From Narcine bancroftii (lineage: Eukaryota), in the NCBI RefSeq assembly GCF_036971445.1, contig NC_091472.1, forward strand, positions 187,860,001-187,924,000: 64,000 nucleotides of DNA, in the 5' to 3' direction. The position numbers were made by a program, and so were the translations under genes. Under the pieces are notes generated by a model. That model searched no databases, had not been told where the DNA came from, and saw nothing but the letters and a program-made list of their open reading frames with translations. Below, piece after piece: positions 36,101 to 46,856 of this stretch. Position 1 is the stretch's first letter, and each line of letters starts with the position of its first letter.

Positions 36101-38489
36101 ATTATAATGAAGGTTACTGCTTGGTTGAGGTAATATAGAGTTGTTCACATTGGCAACCCATTATAATTTTGAACCCTTCAAGGAAAATAAGGAAATTTAG
36201 AAGTTCTTTTAATTTGTGTTTCCCAGAAACAGTAACATAGTTAATACATCTCTTTATAATCCAGAGAATGGAAATTCAAATCCTCATTGGACATTACAAG
36301 TACTGGAACAAACCAAGTAAATCTGTGGAAAGGAAAAATATTAAGATTTCCGGACTTGAGAGGTGTGAAAGGGATGGGTTGAACAGAGGGAATATTTGAT
36401 AGGGGAAGACCAAGTTTCTTAGCCAAGCATTTCTTCAAGGTTGACAATATTGGAAGAGAACTCCTAACCTCCTTAATATTTCGAGCAGTTTTTATTTCAA
36501 CATTTGTGGGGGGTTTTTTTATTCTCAGTTTAAATATTTGAATTTGTTTTTGGAGGGGAAAAAATTGAAATCCCTATTGTCAGAAATTGTAATGATAAAA
36601 ATTAATCAAGTCATTAATATCATTTTCACAAGTAACCCTACATCCTTCTTCCCTTGGGAATGTGATTGAGTCTTCGCTCTCAATTGACCAACTAAGCTAT
36701 TAAGACCAACCAATGAGGGACAATAAATGCTATCTTAACAAATCTCAAAGAACAAAAGTCACCACCATAACATACATGTGTTTTTTTTAAAGCAGAAAGC
36801 GATTTGAAATAAATAATGAGTTTGATGCATTTTAAGTGGAACATGCACAAATTTAAAATGAGATGTTTTGGCTAAAATTTAGCTAAGTCACTAGCTATTC
36901 TAAAGCAGAAACTATGTAAGCAGTTTTTGTTCATTTGATATAAAGGAGCCATTGAAAGGATTGTGATGTTCAAGAGGATGCAATTTATTTAAGATTGTAG
37001 TTAATGGAAGATCAGTAAGAGATGTTCATGTGAAATGTACTATTGAAAGTGTTCCTTTTGATTTAAATATGCAAACTATTTCTAAATTTATTCTATTAAA
37101 CCAGTCACTGATACTACTTAATATGTTGATATTTATTTAGGATTTTAAATTAAATACTTTTCAATAACTAGCAAATGTAAAAGATTGAAACTGTCTTCAT
37201 GATAACACTGTGTTTTTATCTGATGATATTCACTGGTCAGATCAATAATTGACTAACCAGTTTGAAAATCAATTTGAACAGTTTATGGATATAATGATGA
37301 CAAAACATCACAGATTATTAAAGATTTCTTTTCAAAACTGGATACTTAGATTTTTACTACTGGGTATTGCTTCAGGTTTGGAAAAAATGATACATTAAAA
37401 TAAATACACAAAAGTATTGGAGAAACTCAGCAGGTCCCACAGCATCTATAAAAGGCCAAGGGAATAAATACTGGACAGGCAATAAATATTGGCCTAGCCA
37501 ACATTTACTATATCTTGAAAAGTTTTTTTGGGGGGGGGGGGGAGAGAAAGTTGAAAAACTTGCTTTGCTCTCAAACTTTCCTTTCAATGCCTCCTATTTT
37601 TAATAGTGGCTTTGCCAGTCTTCTTTTTCTCTTGCCATACAATGCCTTTCACTATGCTATGATTTCCTACATTGTGTTCCTATGCCCTGTATACAGGACA
37701 CACACTCTATGCCTATGTTCTGCTTAACAAAAACCCTCTGTATCCAGAGTCCACATTGCCTCTACATAGCACAGCCACATTGTCCATATTCCCCAAACCT
37801 AATAAACACTCTCCTCTGTATCCTGCATCTGGGACCTAAAATTACTGTAATTAGAGTGACTCCATATTCTTTATCCAGTGCCCCCACACTCTTGTACCAC
37901 TTTACCCATTCACTCCAGGGTGGGCTGAGCAGGAGTGGGGTGAGCTGTGGCTGTCCTTTTAAGAGCAGTGCACAGAATGGGATGATCCTGACTGAGCTAT
38001 TGACACTGCTGGAATTGCGTATTGGTCCAAGGTCTCAAAGCCCTCAGGATTCAGTATTGTACAGTTTAAACTATCTCTCAGAAATACATCACTTCATGTG
38101 GATATTGCAAAATAGGCTGTTCCAGTGCACACTTCCTCTTCCACCATCCAAATGTACTGTGGCAATCTTTTCTGTAGTGTGATGGAGGTTGATCCTCAGT
38201 AGGGAGTTCTCTAACTAGAAGCAGTTCCATGTAACTGGGATCCTCAGTAGAAAAGCCTTATGCAAAATCTTTTGCAAGTTCCCAGGCTGGCTGTCTTTTC
38301 TGCAGACTAAACAAGTCCAAATTTACAGATGAAGTTAAAAGATCATAGCCCATTTTGGATGTTAGAAGGAACTGCTCAAGTTCTGGTTGCACTCCAGCCC
38401 CAGGGTCCTTGTCGTTGGGCAACTGATATGGAAGGGTGGAGTCAGTCTGCACCTGAGTCCAACCAAAGTAGCCATTCACAAGTTTAGAC

Positions 38490-38825
38490 AGCCTACCAAA
38501 TAACAAAAGGGATAGAGTGGACATGGAAAAGTTATTGTCATGAAAAACTCTAGGACCAGAGGACAAAGCTTCAGAATTAAAGGATGTCCTTTAAGAATAG
38601 AGATGAGGAGAAATTTCTTCAGAGAGTGGTGAATCTGGAATGTGTTACCACTAATGCCAAGCCATTGAGTACGTCTAAAGCAAAGGACTATAGGTTCATT
38701 TAGTAAAGATGCCAAAGGAGAATGGGGTTAAGAGGAAAAATACATCAGCCATGATTCAAATAGTGGAGTAGCCTCAATGGGCTGAAGGGCCAAATTCTGC
38801 TCCATTCTTATGGTCTTATGGGGTC
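38490..38825 (+). mobile_element. CR1-type 3' tail fragment
   Basis: gagatgaggagaaatttctt..agagagtggtgaatctggaa; terminal tcttatggtcttatgg repeat. Confidence 0.6.
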
Positions 38826-41257
38826 TGTCCAATGTGACTACTTTGCCCTCTTCTGAGGTTATGTTCTCTGCTGATTTTTTTATTTTACTTTTATGAATTT
38901 TCAAACTCAACAATCCATAATGGAAAAAAAAACACTACATTCTCCAATTATATACAAGCTTCACCATCGTCCAATTTTACTCTCCCATCCCCAATCCTTT
39001 TCACTATTAATATATCCAAAGACCAAATTAAATACGCAGTCACCCTAAAGAAAACAAGTCCCTTATTCCTGTAACATTTATCAATATCCCTTCCTGACAA
39101 GTTAGACATATCGGTAAAGGTTCAAAAAGTAAAACAAAACAATTACACCTAAAAAATTCTTACAAAAAAGTAAAAACCCAAAGGAAAAAGATGTAATAGT
39201 AGGATGCGTTGGGACCCCACCACCAGCCATCACTTTTTTGAATTTTTGTATCTCAATCTGATTACGATGGACCCACCCCCAAGGAGGGAGTAGGCAGGAG
39301 CAGACAGCGATGAAGCACAAGGGACTGCACTATATCTTTGCACCTATCTGACCCAGGTACTGTTGCCAAATTTTAAGGAGGTTGTCATATTTCCTCCTTA
39401 GGTTACAGGTAATTTTCTCTGGGGAACACAGCTCTGCATTTCCACATTCCAACACGCAATGCCTAGATGAGAGTCCAATTTCCAGGTATCTGCTATGCAC
39501 TACCTGGCCACCACCAAAGTGATAAACACAAATTGGATTTGAAATTTGGACAGCTTCATCGTAAACCTTGTGTCCATGATCTTTCCCAACAGGAACAACT
39601 CTGGGTCCTGTGAACACTCTTTACCTATGATTTTCTCTAGGACTTAGCCAAGCTCTACCCAAAAGGGCCTCACCTTGGAGCATGACCAGGTTGGGTGCAC
39701 AAAGGTTCCTATCTCTATGTCGCACCTAAAACATTGATCTGAAATTTCTGGCTTAGTCTTGTTCAATTTCTGCAGCGCATAGTACAACTGGTGTAGAAAA
39801 TTATACTGCATCAGCCTGTATTGAGTATTAATAATTGAGGTAATGCTGTCACGACATAGGTCTGACCAGCACCTTTAATCAATCGTTACACCCAAGTCTG
39901 ACTCCCACCATGGGCTAGATTTATGAAGACCCATCTTCAGGCTTTCGGCTTGGAGTAAGAAATACATTGCCTTAATAAACTTTCAACTCCCCTTTCAAAT
40001 CAGTGCCACTGCACACTAGTAGGACTGTAGCTGGACCTAATTTGTCCCATTTTAAAAAAAAACCTTAACTGAAGATAGCAAAAGAATTTCCTCTTTGACA
40101 AATCATATTTATTTTTAAGTTGTTCAAATGACATCATCTGACCCTGCTCATCGCAGTCTTTGATACACCTAATCCCTTTCTGGCACCAGGTGTTCAGGAT
40201 CTTGTTACCTATTGTCCATGGTATTAAGCCATCCTGAGTCAGGGCTGTTTTTGAAGATAACTTCACTTTAAATCCAATGCATTGATTAATCTTGTTCCAT
40301 GCATAAAAAATATGTTTTAATAAGGGAGTGTCTTTGTCCCCAGATAACAATTTAGAGTCCAATTTATAAATAAAGCATTTGCTATCTTCTCACCTATCGT
40401 GTGCAGACCAGTTTGTCCCCAGGGTGGTATATCTCCTCCCTCAAACAGTGAAGTGATATACCTTGACTGTGCTGCCCAATAATTTTTTTTAATTTTTTTT
40501 ATTTTTCACACTATGAACCATACTGACCAAAATACACACAAACATTTCCCTCTTGAATATACACAGTGTCATTTTCTCCCCCTTTCCCCCCTCCCTTCCC
40601 TCCCTCCTTCACCCCCTCCCCACCCACTCAACATTTAACATATATGATACATTAAACAATGTCATCACACAATGAAAATAAACAAGAAATTTGTGTCTTC
40701 TACTTTTATATACTGGGTCAGTTCATTTTGTCTTCTTCTCCTTCTGTCATTTTAGGTGGTGGAGGTCCGTGGTAGGACTTCTCTGTTGTGTTCCATGTAC
40801 AGTTCCCAAATTTGTTCGAATACTGTGATGTTATTTCTTAAATTATATGTTTTTTTTCCCAATGGAATACATTTATTCATTTCTATGTACCATTGCTGTA
40901 TTCTCAGGCTATCTTCTAATTTCCAGGTTGACATAATACATTTTTTTGCTACAGCTAAGGCTATCATAATAAATCTTTTTTGTGCTCCATCCAAATCGAG
41001 TCCAAGTTCTTTACTTCTTATATTACTTAGAAGAAAGATCTCTGGATTTTTTGGTATGTTGCTTTTTGTGATTTTATTTAACATCTGGTTTAGATCTTCC
41101 CAAAACTTTTCCACTTTCTCACATGCCCAAATTGCATGTACTATTGTTCCCGTTTCCTTCTTACAGCGAAAACATCTATCTGATACTGTTGGGTCCCATT
41201 TATTTAACTTTTGGGGCGTGGTGTATATCCTGTGTAACCAATTATATTGTATCATGC

Positions 41258-42031
41258 TGTAATGGAGGATTAAAACCATGTACCCAGATGCTTTTTGCTT
41301 ATGTGGAACTGACGACACTGGGTCCACACGCAGGTCACCTTACTTTCAGAACTAGCAGATGTAATTAAACTCAGCCATGGGGACTTATCTGAAGATACAC
41401 TTTGAAATGGAATTCCACTGTGAGGCCCAGGGAAAGCAGTTGTCAAATGCAACACTCTGAAATTGACGAATTGGTCACAACCTGTCTTGCTCGAGAAGTT
41501 TTAATAAGTCTTTGTATCTACGAGATAAACCAGGAAATTATAACATCCTGGTTCCATAATAATTAATCTTCTAAATTGTAGAATGTAATGTTCAGTTTTG
41601 ATTTTGACTGACAAATATTAGAAGGAGTAGGCGCATGATTAATTGTTTTTGGGGTATATAAGCCTGTGGTCCTGCTGCTGAAGTTTAGACTCTCCGAGGG
41701 GTGGGAACACCCCTTGTCAAGAAGGAAGAACAGCCAGAGTCCGAGCAACGTCCCGGTCGGGGGAGGTGGAGAAGCTGCTACCAGCGCCCTGACAACCTAC
41801 TACAAGTGTGCAGTTGTTGCCTCGCTTCGGCAGTTGGGACCAGTCCAAGCGTTGATAAGTATAGTTGGGAAGGGCTTGCATATTGTAGTGTGAAATCAGC
41901 TTTTGAATTAGTAATAAACATTTGTATAAACTGAACTGCTCTCGGTGTGTGTGTCTATTTTCTTTCGGTAGCTCAAACACTGTGACCAATCTAAAATGAA
42001 CAAAATGAGAGGTATAAGTTTACCCAAGACA
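41258..42031 (+). repeat. ERV 5' LTR (774 bp)
   Basis: TGTAATGG...CCAAGACA; TATATAA 41655-41661; AATAAA 41913-41918. Confidence 0.95.
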
Positions 42032-42033
42032 AT

Positions 42034-42051
42034 TGGCGCTGCGAGCAGGGT
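42034..42051 (+). other. Primer-binding site, tRNA-Ser-like
   Basis: TGGCGCTGCGAGCAGGGT 2 nt after the LTR; near-complementary to vertebrate tRNA-Ser(TGA/CGA) 3' ends as recalled. Confidence 0.8.
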
Positions 42052-42061
42052 TGGTCTCAAG

Positions 42062-43186
42062 ATGTTTCGCCGAAAGAAAGAGGTGAGCCCTGAGCAGTTC
42101 TTGATTCCTGGATGGACTTCCAAAGACGATGGGTTTGGCATGTTGGCCAATACCTTGTCTTTGTTGGGACCACCCATTAGTTGGGATGAGAAGTTAGACT
42201 CATCAAGTGCACCTCTGGGAGAGCGGGTTGCCACTCTCCTTCGAGAAAGTAAATTTCCTGATAAAAAGGGAACGCTGACGAATGGTTTTTGGTTGCTGGC
42301 CACAGCATTACGCCACTCCGTTCAGCGTGAAGCAGAATTAATTCAAAGAGAAGTAGAATCTCAGTGCAAAAGAAAGCAATTAGAGGAGGAGCTAGAAGTC
42401 CTGCGACAATGCTGTTCCATGATGAGCGAGATTGTTCACACCAGTCAGGACAGAGCCAAAGAATGGGAAGATAAGCATGTCCAAATGATTTGCCGTGATA
42501 TTAAACTCCGGCAGCAGCTCTGTGCAGATAAGGAAAGGCATGGAGTAGAACCCGATTCATATCGTATTCATGCCATGATAAGGAATGGTGACGATCCTGA
42601 TGTAATTGAGGATTGGGATGGGAATATCTGGAATGACAATGGTAATAATGCAGATACTCCTCAGCATGTGTCTAACATACTACCCTCTCCATCTGCTGTT
42701 CACGCCCGCCCTATAAGGCAGCAGATTTCCCAAACAGACAGAAGGGAGGATGATGTAAGGGTAGAGATGGAAGGGATAGATACCCCGGTTTCCCATGTGG
42801 ACCCAGGGGAAAATACCCAAACCCCTGCTTATGCTCTATGGCCTACTCCCTCTGTTGGATGGCCTCCACCTCCTCCCCTAGACTGGGTGGAGGACCCTGT
42901 GAGCCAAAGTGGGAACAGGGGTCGGAAGGAGTCAATGATCCGTGATTTCTCTGTAAAAGAGCTGGCTGCCATTGGAGATCGATTTAGGCAAAAAGCAGGG
43001 GAACATCATCCCCAGCTGCTGAGTCCTCCTGGCCCAGCTGTGCTTTCTGCTCCCACTGCTGCTTCTATCGAGCTGGCTTCTCCTGCTCCAGTTACTCATG
43101 ATGAGGTAAAACAATGGGTTAAACAGGCTCTTAAAGATAACAATAGCATGTGGTCCTGGAAGCCCCCAAACCCTTCTGAAGCCTGA
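42062..43186 (+). CDS. gag: ERV Gag (capsid region apparently deleted)
   Basis: First ATG after the PBS (MFRRKKE); coiled-coil N-half, WDGNIW, RDFSVKEL..IGDRFRQKAGE class III gag motif; ends at TGA in frame with pol. Confidence 0.8.
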   Translation: MFRRKKEVSPEQFLIPGWTSKDDGFGMLANTLSLLGPPISWDEKLDSSSAPLGERVATLLRESKFPDKKGTLTNGFWLLATALRHSVQREAELIQREVESQCKRKQLEEELEVLRQCCSMMSEIVHTSQDRAKEWEDKHVQMICRDIKLRQQLCADKERHGVEPDSYRIHAMIRNGDDPDVIEDWDGNIWNDNGNNADTPQHVSNILPSPSAVHARPIRQQISQTDRREDDVRVEMEGIDTPVSHVDPGENTQTPAYALWPTPSVGWPPPPPLDWVEDPVSQSGNRGRKESMIRDFSVKELAAIGDRFRQKAGEHHPQLLSPPGPAVLSAPTAASIELASPAPVTHDEVKQWVKQALKDNNSMWSWKPPNPSEA

Positions 43187-45622
43187 AGGTGTGGGCAGGA
43201 TTCCCGTGTCTACTCCATCGAGACACGGCGCACACACGGGGATCCGCGGCCCTACATACCGTTAACAATCCACTGGGGTGGGGGTAATGATCGCCAATAC
43301 TTGGCTTTGGTCGACACCGGTGCAGAGCACTCGGTGATTCCTGGTAATCCCAACCTCTGGACTGGACCGGCCTTTCGAATAGAGGGGTTGGGAGGAGCGG
43401 TCACCCTGGCAAAGGAAATAAAAGTCTGTGCCATGGTGGGTGATAGCCCTTCCCCTGTCTGGTTACATGCCCTGGTGGCTGCTACTGACGAGTGTATCCT
43501 GGGTATTAATATGTTGGCCGGTATGGCCCTTAATACTAGCCAAGGGGGATTTGAATTTGGAATTCGAACTATTACAAAAAAACTAGTAGTGGGTCAGGTT
43601 AAGTGGGATCCTGTGATGGTGCCAGCCCCCATGAAACCAGTGTGCATTCCACAATATCGTCTCCCTGGGGGGCAGGAAGAGATTACTGCCACCATCGATG
43701 CTCTGCAAGAAGAAGGGGTAGTGAGGCCCGCAACGTCGCCCTTTAATAGCCCTGTTTGGCCGGTCCAGAAGCCGGACGGCTCCTGGAGAATGACAGTTGA
43801 TTATCGTTTTTTGAACAAACATGCCCCACCACTTGCTTCAGCAGTTCCGGACATTGTCACCCTTATTGAAAACATTGCTACTGGGAACTCAGGAACATGG
43901 TATGCTGTCATTGATCTTGCTAACGCCTTCTTCAGTATTCTTATAGCTGAGGACTCACAGGATCAGTTCGCCTTTACCTGGAAGGGGCGCCAGTATACCT
44001 TCACCCACCTTCCAGTATCGCCTTCCCTCTCAATTCACCATTATATTGATGATGTGGCCTCCTGGAGCCTCTGGCAGAAACAAGAGGGTCGCCGAGTCCC
44101 ACTGGGATTCTGGTCACGTACCATGCCTGAGGCTGCCACTCGTTATTCTGCTTTTGAACAACAGTTACTAGCCTGTTACTGGGCCCTGCTAGAGACTGAA
44201 AGAATGACAGGCGATGCAGATGTTCAATTGCGACCTGCACTTCCTATAATGAATTGGGTCCTGGCTAATGATGCTAATCTAAAGATCGGGCGGGCTCAGC
44301 AGTCTTCTATTGTTAAATGGAAGTGGTATATTCAGAGTCGTGCGACCAGAGGGCCTGAAGGGGTGGGCCGCGTACACGAACAGGTGGCTTACCATCCCAG
44401 GTCAGGAACTCACTTATCGGAGGAGGGGGATGGTGGCTCCAGTCAGTATGCTGAGTTGAAGGCAGTCACTTTACCACTAGATCCCCATGATCACCCTCTT
44501 CGCCTGTTTACTGATTCCTGGGCTTTGGCTAATGGACTTGTGGTATGGATGCCTGATTTGCAAAAGAACAACTGGATGATACATGACCGCCCAGTATGGG
44601 GCAAAGAGTTGTGGCAGCTGTTGTGGGATGCTTCCCACCATCGTGAGATAACCGTTTATCACGTTGATGCCCATACCAATATGGCGACTAACATGGCTCA
44701 ACATAATGCAGTAGCAGATCAGCTTGCCACTATCAGCTGTGCTGATACCGTCCCCCTGGCTCGATGGGCACATGAACAGAGTGGTCATTTGGGGGAGAAG
44801 GGATCAGCTATGTGGTCCCGTACACATGCTTTATCCGTCCATCAGGATGATGTCCGCATGGTCGTACGTACATGCCCAGAATGTCAGCTTGTGAAGTTCC
44901 ATACCATTCCACCTGGTCCACATGGCCGAATAAAATGGGGTGCTCACTCAGCTGCGGTCTGGCAAATTGATTACATAGGCCCCATGCTAGACTGTATGGG
45001 TAAATATTATATCCTAGTAATGGTTGACACCTTTTCGGGCCTGGTTTTTACTTTTCCCACCAAGACGGCTGACCAAGCTAGCACTATCCAAGGACTAAAC
45101 CATTTGATTTATCGTTATGATGTTCCAGAGGAGATTCACTCTGATAATGGCTCGCACTTCTCCAGGAAAGCAATCTGTGATTGGGCAAATGACAACGGTA
45201 TTTTATGGATCCACCATATTCCTTATTACCCGCAGGCTGCCGGGTTAGTTGAACAAATGAACGGCTTACTGAAGGAACAAATTCGTTTGGAAACATCACT
45301 GGGGACCCAGAAGGGATGGTGCCATGTGCTGCAGCAGGCAGTCGACAATTTGAATCATCGCCCTTTAAAAGGAGGTACACCTTTCCACCGACTTCTTCAC
45401 GCTTCTGAACTACAGCCTATTCCAGAGGAAAAACAGTCATTGCCCCCCATCCCTGAACTAGAGAATGTTGGACAAAAGGTATGGGTGGCACCACCAGGTA
45501 GTGGCCCTCCTGTAAAAGGGGAAATAGTGACACCTGCCCAGGGTAACACTCGGTGGGTAGCTATTGAGGGACAGGATGATTTAGTCTGTTTAAACACTGA
45601 ATGCTTATGGTATCATGAGTGA
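43187..45622 (+). CDS. pol: ERV Pol: protease - truncated RT - truncated RNase H - integrase
   Basis: Open from the gag stop: DPRPYIPLTIHWG, LVDTGA, DLANAFF, YIDD, AELKA/TDS, HHCC and D-D(35)-E. Confidence 0.93.
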   Translation, partial: RCGQDSRVYSIETRRTHGDPRPYIPLTIHWGGGNDRQYLALVDTGAEHSVIPGNPNLWTGPAFRIEGLGGAVTLAKEIKVCAMVGDSPSPVWLHALVAATDECILGINMLAGMALNTSQGGFEFGIRTITKKLVVGQVKWDPVMVPAPMKPVCIPQYRLPGGQEEITATIDALQEEGVVRPATSPFNSPVWPVQKPDGSWRMTVDYRFLNKHAPPLASAVPDIVTLIENIATGNSGTWYAVIDLANAFFSILIAEDSQDQFAFTWKGRQYTFTHLPVSPSLSIHHYIDDVASWSLWQKQEGRRVPLGFWSRTMPEAATRYSAFEQQLLACYWALLETERMTGDADVQLRPALPIMNWVLANDANLKIGRAQQSSIVKWKWYIQSRATRGPEGVGRVHEQVAYHPRSGTHLSEEGDGGSSQYAELKAVTLPLDPHDHPLRLFTDSWALANGLVVWMPDLQKNNWMIHDRPVWGKELWQLLWDASHHREITVYHVDAHTNMATNMAQHNAVADQLATISCADTVPLARWAHEQSGHLGEKGSAMWSRTHALSVHQDDVRMVVRTCPECQLVKFHTIPPGPHGRIKWGAHSAAVWQIDYIGPMLDCMGKYYILVMVDTFSGLVFTFPTKTADQASTIQGLNHLIYRYDVPEEIHSDNGSHFSRKAICDWANDNGILWIHHIPYYPQAAGLVEQMNGLLKEQIRLETSLGTQKGWCHVLQQAVDNLNHRPLKGGTPFHRLLHASELQPIPEEKQSLPPIPELENVGQKVWVAPPGSGPPVKGEIVTPAQGNTRWVAIEGQDDLVCLNTECLWYHE

Positions 45623-46046
45623 CATGTGTCAGGCTTCTTTGTTCCAGGTTCTCCATTTTACACTCCTGGTGATCTGGCTTAACAGCTGCTTTGATGCCAG
45701 CAATTGGATTTGTAATGTCGAGGACGTTCCAAGGGAGTTACCCGTGGGAAACACGGTCCGATGCATTACACCAAGGAAGTCCTCGGTCACCAGCCTCAAG
45801 TGCAGCTTATATAAATATGTTATTGTTCAGCATGTTTCAAAATCTGTTCGTGAGCTCCAGTACCTGGGTATTGTGGCCAACAAGGATAATTTGAGCCTTG
45901 GTTGGAATCCTTTCTCATGGCTAACTGCTACATTTGGGGGGGTGGGCCACACTATCCTCCGTTGGTTGCTCGCGTCATTGCTTATCTTTGTAATTGTTGT
46001 TTTGATTTCTCTTTTTTCGCTCCCTCTGTACTCAAATACTGGTTAG
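45615..46046 (+). CDS. env: ERV mini-Env (signal-like segment plus C-terminal TM); probably expressed via splice 42082^45648
   Basis: Env position; hydrophobic VLHFTLLVIWL; WNPFSWL followed by TM ILRWLLASLLIFVIVVLISLF. Confidence 0.65.
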   Translation: MSDMCQASLFQVLHFTLLVIWLNSCFDASNWICNVEDVPRELPVGNTVRCITPRKSSVTSLKCSLYKYVIVQHVSKSVRELQYLGIVANKDNLSLGWNPFSWLTATFGGVGHTILRWLLASLLIFVIVVLISLFSLPLYSNTG

Positions 46047-46071
46047 GCCTCGCAAATGACAGATTGTGACC

Positions 46072-46082
46072 AAGGGGTGGGA
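46072..46082 (+). other. Polypurine tract
   Basis: AAGGGGTGGGA abutting the 3' LTR TG. Confidence 0.85.
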
Positions 46083-46856
46083 TGTAATGGAGGATTAAAA
46101 CCATGTACCCAGATGCTTTTTGCTTATGTGGAACTGACGACACTGGGTCCACACGCAGGTCACCTTACTTTCAGAACTAGCAGATGTAATTAAACTCAGC
46201 CATGGGGACTTATCTGAAGATACACTTTGAAATGGAATTCCACTGTGAGGCCCAGGGAAAGCAGTTGTCAAATGCAACACTCTGAAATTGACGAATTGGT
46301 CACAACCTGTCTTGCTCGAGAAGTTTTAATAAGTCTTTGTATCTACGAGATAAACCAGGAAATTATAACATCCTGGTTCCATAATAATTAATCTTCTAAA
46401 TTGTAGAATGTAATGTTCAGTTTTGATTTTGACTGACAAATATTAGAAGGAGTAGGCGCATGATTAATTGTTTTTGGGGTATATAAGCCTGTGGTCCTGC
46501 TGCTGAAGTTTAGACTCTCCGAGGGGTGGGAACACCCCTTGTCAAGAAGGAAGAACAGCCAGAGTCCGAGCAACGTCCCGGTCGGGGGAGGTGGAGAAGC
46601 TGCTACCAGCGCCCTGACAACCTACTACAAGTGTGCAGTTGTTGCCTCGCTTCGGCAGTTGGGACCAGTCCAAGCGTTGATAAGTATAGTTGGGAAGGGC
46701 TTGCATATTGTAGTGTGAAATCAGCTTTTGAATTAGTAATAAACATTTGTATAAACTGAACTGCTCTCGGTGTGTGTGTCTATTTTCTTTCGGTAGCTCA
46801 AACACTGTGACCAATCTAAAATGAACAAAATGAGAGGTATAAGTTTACCCAAGACA
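46083..46856 (+). repeat. ERV 3' LTR (774 bp)
   Basis: Copy of the 5' LTR at constant offset 4825; five ORF-track translations identical. Confidence 0.95.

Larger units (their letters stand above)
41258..46856 (+). mobile_element. Endogenous retrovirus, class III (ERV-L/ERV-S-like), internally deleted provirus, 5599 bp
   Basis: Two TG...CA LTRs, 5-bp TSD CATGC, PBS, PPT, gag-pol-env order with PR-RT-RH-IN; pol motifs FNSPVWPVQKPDGSWRMTVDYR, QQSSIVKWKWYI and WQIDYIGP typical of class III ERVs. Confidence 0.95.

Noticed and set aside
41996-42061. Gag start at ATG 41996 as in the ORF track
   Set aside because: Lies inside U5 and reads through the PBS; ATG 42062 is the more plausible start, though not proven
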